Shown here in pieces: positions 24,638 to 28,081 of a stretch of DNA of 28,081 nt; within the stretch, counting starts at the first letter, position 1; each line of letters starts with the position of its first letter. Origin of the DNA: a virus (lineage: Duplodnaviria; Caudoviricetes); IMG/VR virus record IMGVR_UViG_3300032239_000487, positions 1 through 28,081 of that record. One strand, written 5' to 3'. Below the pieces are notes generated by a model. That model was not told the origin of the DNA, ran no database searches, and saw only the letters and a list, made by a program, of their open reading frames with translations. Position numbers and translations under genes: made by a program.

Positions 24638-27511
24638 ATGAAAGACATCTTAGCTAAATTAACTCAGTTAGAAGCGTCAGCAGCCAAACCTGCGCCGCAG
24701 AAAAAGAAGGTTCTCAAAGAATCTGCTGCTACTATTCAGAATAAGCCTGCTACACTAAAGGACATGTTCAAGCAGTTAAGCGAAGCTATTCCTCCTGGCG
24801 CAAAGCCACTTCCAGTCATGGATCCAACTAACAAGAAGGCTGGCATGGGATTTGTGACTAGCAATAATCCTGGTGTTCAAAACGTATTAAAGAATCTTGA
24901 TCCCAAAGACGTACAGATTGTCCAAGCTCCCGGAACACAACCAGGTCAACCAATGCAAGCGCAACCTGCTGCTGCTGGTGCTACTGGTCAGGCCCCTGCA
25001 GGTCAGACTCAAATGAAAGAAAAGTTTGCAGGAGATTTTAAGTTGAATCCTGCTAAGAAGGGTATGTTCAACGGCAAGACTAAGGCTGATCTAGAGAAAC
25101 AACTCTCAGCATTACACAAGTCTGGTCCTCACAAGAAGGGTTCACCTGAGTATACTAAGCAGCAAGAACTAAACTTCGCCATCCGTGCAAAGAGCGGATG
25201 GAAGAAGAGTGTTGAGGAAGAACAACTTGACGAATTAAGTCCAGAAGCTAAATGGGATTATGCTGATAAAGCTAGAAAAAGCGTAAATGATTTGGCAGGT
25301 AAAGTAGGTTCTGCAACTGGGCAAGATGCAAATAAACTTATCAATAAGGCGATAAAAAGACAAAATATAGTAAGAAAGACCGAGAGAAATCTAATAGATG
25401 TAGATGAAGCGCACACAGGCGATGAAGCCGAAAAGAAATTCAACAAGTACAATGCCCAAGAACTTGGTCACATGCACGATAGAGCATTTGGTAAATCCAA
25501 ACCAGGTGATGCACACAAGCAAGTGAGAGCCAGACAGGCTAAGGATGCTGCTTACGATATCATGTGGCGTAAAAAGTATGGTGATAGTGAAAGCATAGAA
25601 GAAGCCGATATCGCCCCAACATCAGGTATGGATACTAAAGGTGCTGGATTGGGCGCTGGCCGCAGTGCAACAACGCTTGAAGCAAAGAAGGCAAAGCCAG
25701 ATTTCCTAGACTTAGATAAAGACGGCAACAAAAAAGAATCAATGAAGAAGGCAGCTTCTGACAAACAGAAAAAGGCAGTTAAAGAAAATATGAACAATCG
25801 CATTCAGGCCGCCCGCCTAGAGGGTAAAGCACACGGTCTCAAAGGCCATCCACACTGTGGTAAGAATTACGATGACATGGAAGAGTGCAGAGCATATCAT
25901 GAAGGCTACAAAGAAGGTTTAGACGAGTGTCACGGTATGGGTCCGATCGCAGGTCTACGCACTCCTCACATGCCAGCAACAGTTCATGGTATGGCAGATC
26001 AAGCACTTGATGAAGGTCGTGGATCATACGATTCAGTAATGAATGCAATTAGAAACCGAATCTTAAGATCGCATGTTGATGTTGTTGGTAAATTTGGTCC
26101 AGGTAAGATCATGGCAGCAATTGAAGATCAAGCCGGTCGCTATGCTGGTATTGATCTAGACGAGATCGGTTCCAGCGATGTCAGTATCTGGGTAAAGAAT
26201 GTGATCCAGGATCTTGAATCAGGTATGTATGATGAAATTGATGAAGGTAATGCCTTTACTGCTGCGCTTGCTAAGACACCAAAGGGCGGTCATTTTAAGG
26301 TGGGTGGTAAAACATTTACAGATAACTCAAACTATGATAGCAAGATTGATGAATATGCTTTTGAAGCGTGGGATCGTCAACTAGAGAATCTTATCAACGA
26401 AGGCCTCTCTGTGTCTATCTCTAAGGACAACGCAAATTCACCAGACTCAGTGAGCGTAAATGCAACTGACCAGGAAGCCGACAAGCTCCTTGCTCTTGTA
26501 AGACAAGCTGGTATGGGTATCTTCGGTGGTGATGATGGAGCAGAAATGAGTCATGCACCTGTAATCGGTGGCGCATCAGAAATCAATGCACCTGGCGAGA
26601 TTGAAGTCGTAGACGATCACGACGGAATGATGAGCCTCATCAAGAGAATGTCAGATATCGGCGGCAGCGAGCATCAAGAAGACTATGATGATGACTATGC
26701 TGACGAAGAAGGTCATGGCGGTATGGATTACGACCATGAAATCCATGAAGAAAATTGCAACGAATGCGGCATGATGGAATCACAGTGCGGATGTAACGAA
26801 GAAGTACTAGATGAAGTTGAATCTGAAGATCAGATGGAATACGAAGTTGCTGAAGGCCAAGCACAAGCTCCGCAGGGCGCTCAGAATCCACCAGACAACG
26901 GTTCTGCAAATTCTTCTAACGATACTCAAGGCAACGCAGCCGCAAACTCAGCACTAGCCACATCAGATCAAACAGATCAACCTGAAATGGCAGAGAGCAA
27001 AGAATGCACAGGCTGTCATCATGATCCATGTGAATGTGATGATGAAAAGGTAGAAGAATCAAAATTCACCTTTGAGAACATCTACAAGAAATTTGCAATG
27101 ATTGAAGCAAAAGCTCAAAAAGAAGATGAGAAGGCTGAAAAAGCTGGAAAGAAAGTCACCAAAGACATTGAATATGACGAAGGTCATAAGGGCAAACGCG
27201 ACAACAAGGCTGAAAAAGCTGGAAAGAAAGTCACCAAAGACATTGAATATGATGATAAGAAGGACAAGAAGGGAAAGAAACTTGACGAATGGGCAAATGA
27301 TGCAGGCCCAGGTAAGACAGTTTCAGACACTACCTTTGAACAAGATATTGATTTCATGACAAAAGTGATCTCTGGCGGACTCAACAAGCAAAAGTCAACT
27401 GGTCAGACAACGGTTCCTATCATTGCAAGTGAAAAGGATCGTATGCGCTCATACAATACGACTGATATCAACGAATCCATCAGTGATTGGAAGAAGTTAG
27501 CAGGTCTATAA
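24638..27511 (+). CDS. Large low-complexity, charged, modular protein (putative prohead core / internal polyprotein)
   Basis: 957 aa; GAGGA SD; about 20 hydrophobic-X-E motifs; DxDxDG motif, Cys clusters, tandem repeat. Confidence 0.8.
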   Translation: MKDILAKLTQLEASAAKPAPQKKKVLKESAATIQNKPATLKDMFKQLSEAIPPGAKPLPVMDPTNKKAGMGFVTSNNPGVQNVLKNLDPKDVQIVQAPGTQPGQPMQAQPAAAGATGQAPAGQTQMKEKFAGDFKLNPAKKGMFNGKTKADLEKQLSALHKSGPHKKGSPEYTKQQELNFAIRAKSGWKKSVEEEQLDELSPEAKWDYADKARKSVNDLAGKVGSATGQDANKLINKAIKRQNIVRKTERNLIDVDEAHTGDEAEKKFNKYNAQELGHMHDRAFGKSKPGDAHKQVRARQAKDAAYDIMWRKKYGDSESIEEADIAPTSGMDTKGAGLGAGRSATTLEAKKAKPDFLDLDKDGNKKESMKKAASDKQKKAVKENMNNRIQAARLEGKAHGLKGHPHCGKNYDDMEECRAYHEGYKEGLDECHGMGPIAGLRTPHMPATVHGMADQALDEGRGSYDSVMNAIRNRILRSHVDVVGKFGPGKIMAAIEDQAGRYAGIDLDEIGSSDVSIWVKNVIQDLESGMYDEIDEGNAFTAALAKTPKGGHFKVGGKTFTDNSNYDSKIDEYAFEAWDRQLENLINEGLSVSISKDNANSPDSVSVNATDQEADKLLALVRQAGMGIFGGDDGAEMSHAPVIGGASEINAPGEIEVVDDHDGMMSLIKRMSDIGGSEHQEDYDDDYADEEGHGGMDYDHEIHEENCNECGMMESQCGCNEEVLDEVESEDQMEYEVAEGQAQAPQGAQNPPDNGSANSSNDTQGNAAANSALATSDQTDQPEMAESKECTGCHHDPCECDDEKVEESKFTFENIYKKFAMIEAKAQKEDEKAEKAGKKVTKDIEYDEGHKGKRDNKAEKAGKKVTKDIEYDDKKDKKGKKLDEWANDAGPGKTVSDTTFEQDIDFMTKVISGGLNKQKSTGQTTVPIIASEKDRMRSYNTTDINESISDWKKLAGL
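27131..27252 (+). repeat. Perfect 47-bp direct repeat (27131-27177, 27206-27252), period 75 nt
   Basis: AAGGCTGAAAAAGCTGGAAAGAAAGTCACCAAAGACATTGAATATGA twice; encodes KAEKAGKKVTKDIEYD. Confidence 0.95.
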
Positions 27512-27530
27512 GACATTTAAAACAGTAATT

Positions 27531-27562
27531 AAAATAGCCGGATTTGTTCCGGCTATTTTTTT
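27531..27562 (+). terminator. Rho-independent terminator
   Basis: AAAATAGCCGGA-tttgt-TCCGGCTATTTT with a T7 run; 19 nt after the stop at 27511. Confidence 0.9.
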
Positions 27563-27587
27563 GGATGCCTCGGTATCGTGTGTTAAT

Positions 27588-27595
27588 GATAAATA
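27588..27595 (+). promoter_or_regulatory. T4-type late promoter (GATAAATA)
   Basis: Upstream of AAGGAG SD (27606-27611). Confidence 0.72.
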
Positions 27596-27618
27596 CAAGA
27601 TAACTAAGGAGAACTACC

Positions 27619-28081
27619 CTGTCTCAGCAAAATATAGATTTCGGTTCTTTCCCTGATGATCCAACAGCGGACCAGATTAGAACTGCATTTTCAAAGGTTC
27701 AGAATAACTTTACTCAGCTTTTCAACGGCCGAGGCCTTGCTGGGGTAACTTCAATCAACCAAACTCCTGGTCTAGGTATCACTGTTAATCAGCCAACCGG
27801 CGATGTTATTGTACAGGCTAATATTTCCAGTATACAAGTTAGGACCTCTACTTTAAGTGTAGGACTTAGTCCTACACAAAGTGCGAATGCACAATATGCT
27901 AATTTGGTATCAAGTACACAGACATTATATATTAACTTGCCTAGTAATATTACCGGTATAAGCAACATTACTGTATCAAATAGTATTACTGCAAATGCTA
28001 TAAACGCAAATTATTTCTCAGGTAACGGCTCTTCTCTGTCATCAATCACTGGTGCTAATGTTACTGGTACTGTTGCTAACG
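27619..28081 (+). CDS. Baseplate wedge / fibre protein with T4 gp9/gp10-like N-terminus; CTG start; runs off window end
   Basis: (M)SQQNIDFGSFPDDPTADQIRTAFSKVQNNFTQLF matches the gp9/gp10 N-terminal pattern; frame open to the window end; in-frame TAA at 27601 and no ATG/GTG/TTG before the motif. Confidence 0.8.
   Translation, partial: MSQQNIDFGSFPDDPTADQIRTAFSKVQNNFTQLFNGRGLAGVTSINQTPGLGITVNQPTGDVIVQANISSIQVRTSTLSVGLSPTQSANAQYANLVSSTQTLYINLPSNITGISNITVSNSITANAINANYFSGNGSSLSSITGANVTGTVAN

Noticed and set aside
1-28081. tRNA, rRNA, intron, intein or stop-codon reassignment
   Set aside because: No cloverleaf, split core gene or intein motif seen; TAA, TAG and TGA all end genes at expected positions.

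Overview
A 28-kb segment of a large T4-like (contractile-tailed) bacteriophage genome, covering mainly virion morphogenesis. Recognisable genes are neck gp13, neck gp14 and tail terminator gp15 (both on the minus strand), a 1224-aa tail sheath gp18, tail tube gp19, a tube-initiator-like protein, head-completion nuclease gp4, a probable small terminase, fibre/baseplate proteins, a dNMP kinase, a Nudix hydrolase, a MazG-like pyrophosphatase, a PD-(D/E)XK exonuclease and two endonuclease-like genes. Structural genes are preceded by T4-late-like TAAATA promoters (mostly GATAAATA). Two accessory islands (about 8.7-12.9 kb and 14.2-15.0 kb) are driven by sigma70-type promoters. The most notable signals are: a 42-bp promoter/leader cassette in three copies, with junction repeats and a relic duplicate of the kinase 5' end, suggesting promoter-bounded gene-cassette shuffling; a 957-aa protein apparently built of modules separated by prohead-protease-like (hydrophobic-X-E) sites, with module-specific codon usage; many apparently leaderless genes; a GIY-YIG::HNH fusion; a CTG-initiated gp9/gp10-like gene missed by the ORF track; and a small membrane-protein gene frameshifted in a G6 tract. 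All calls come from motif recognition by eye; no database search was run.
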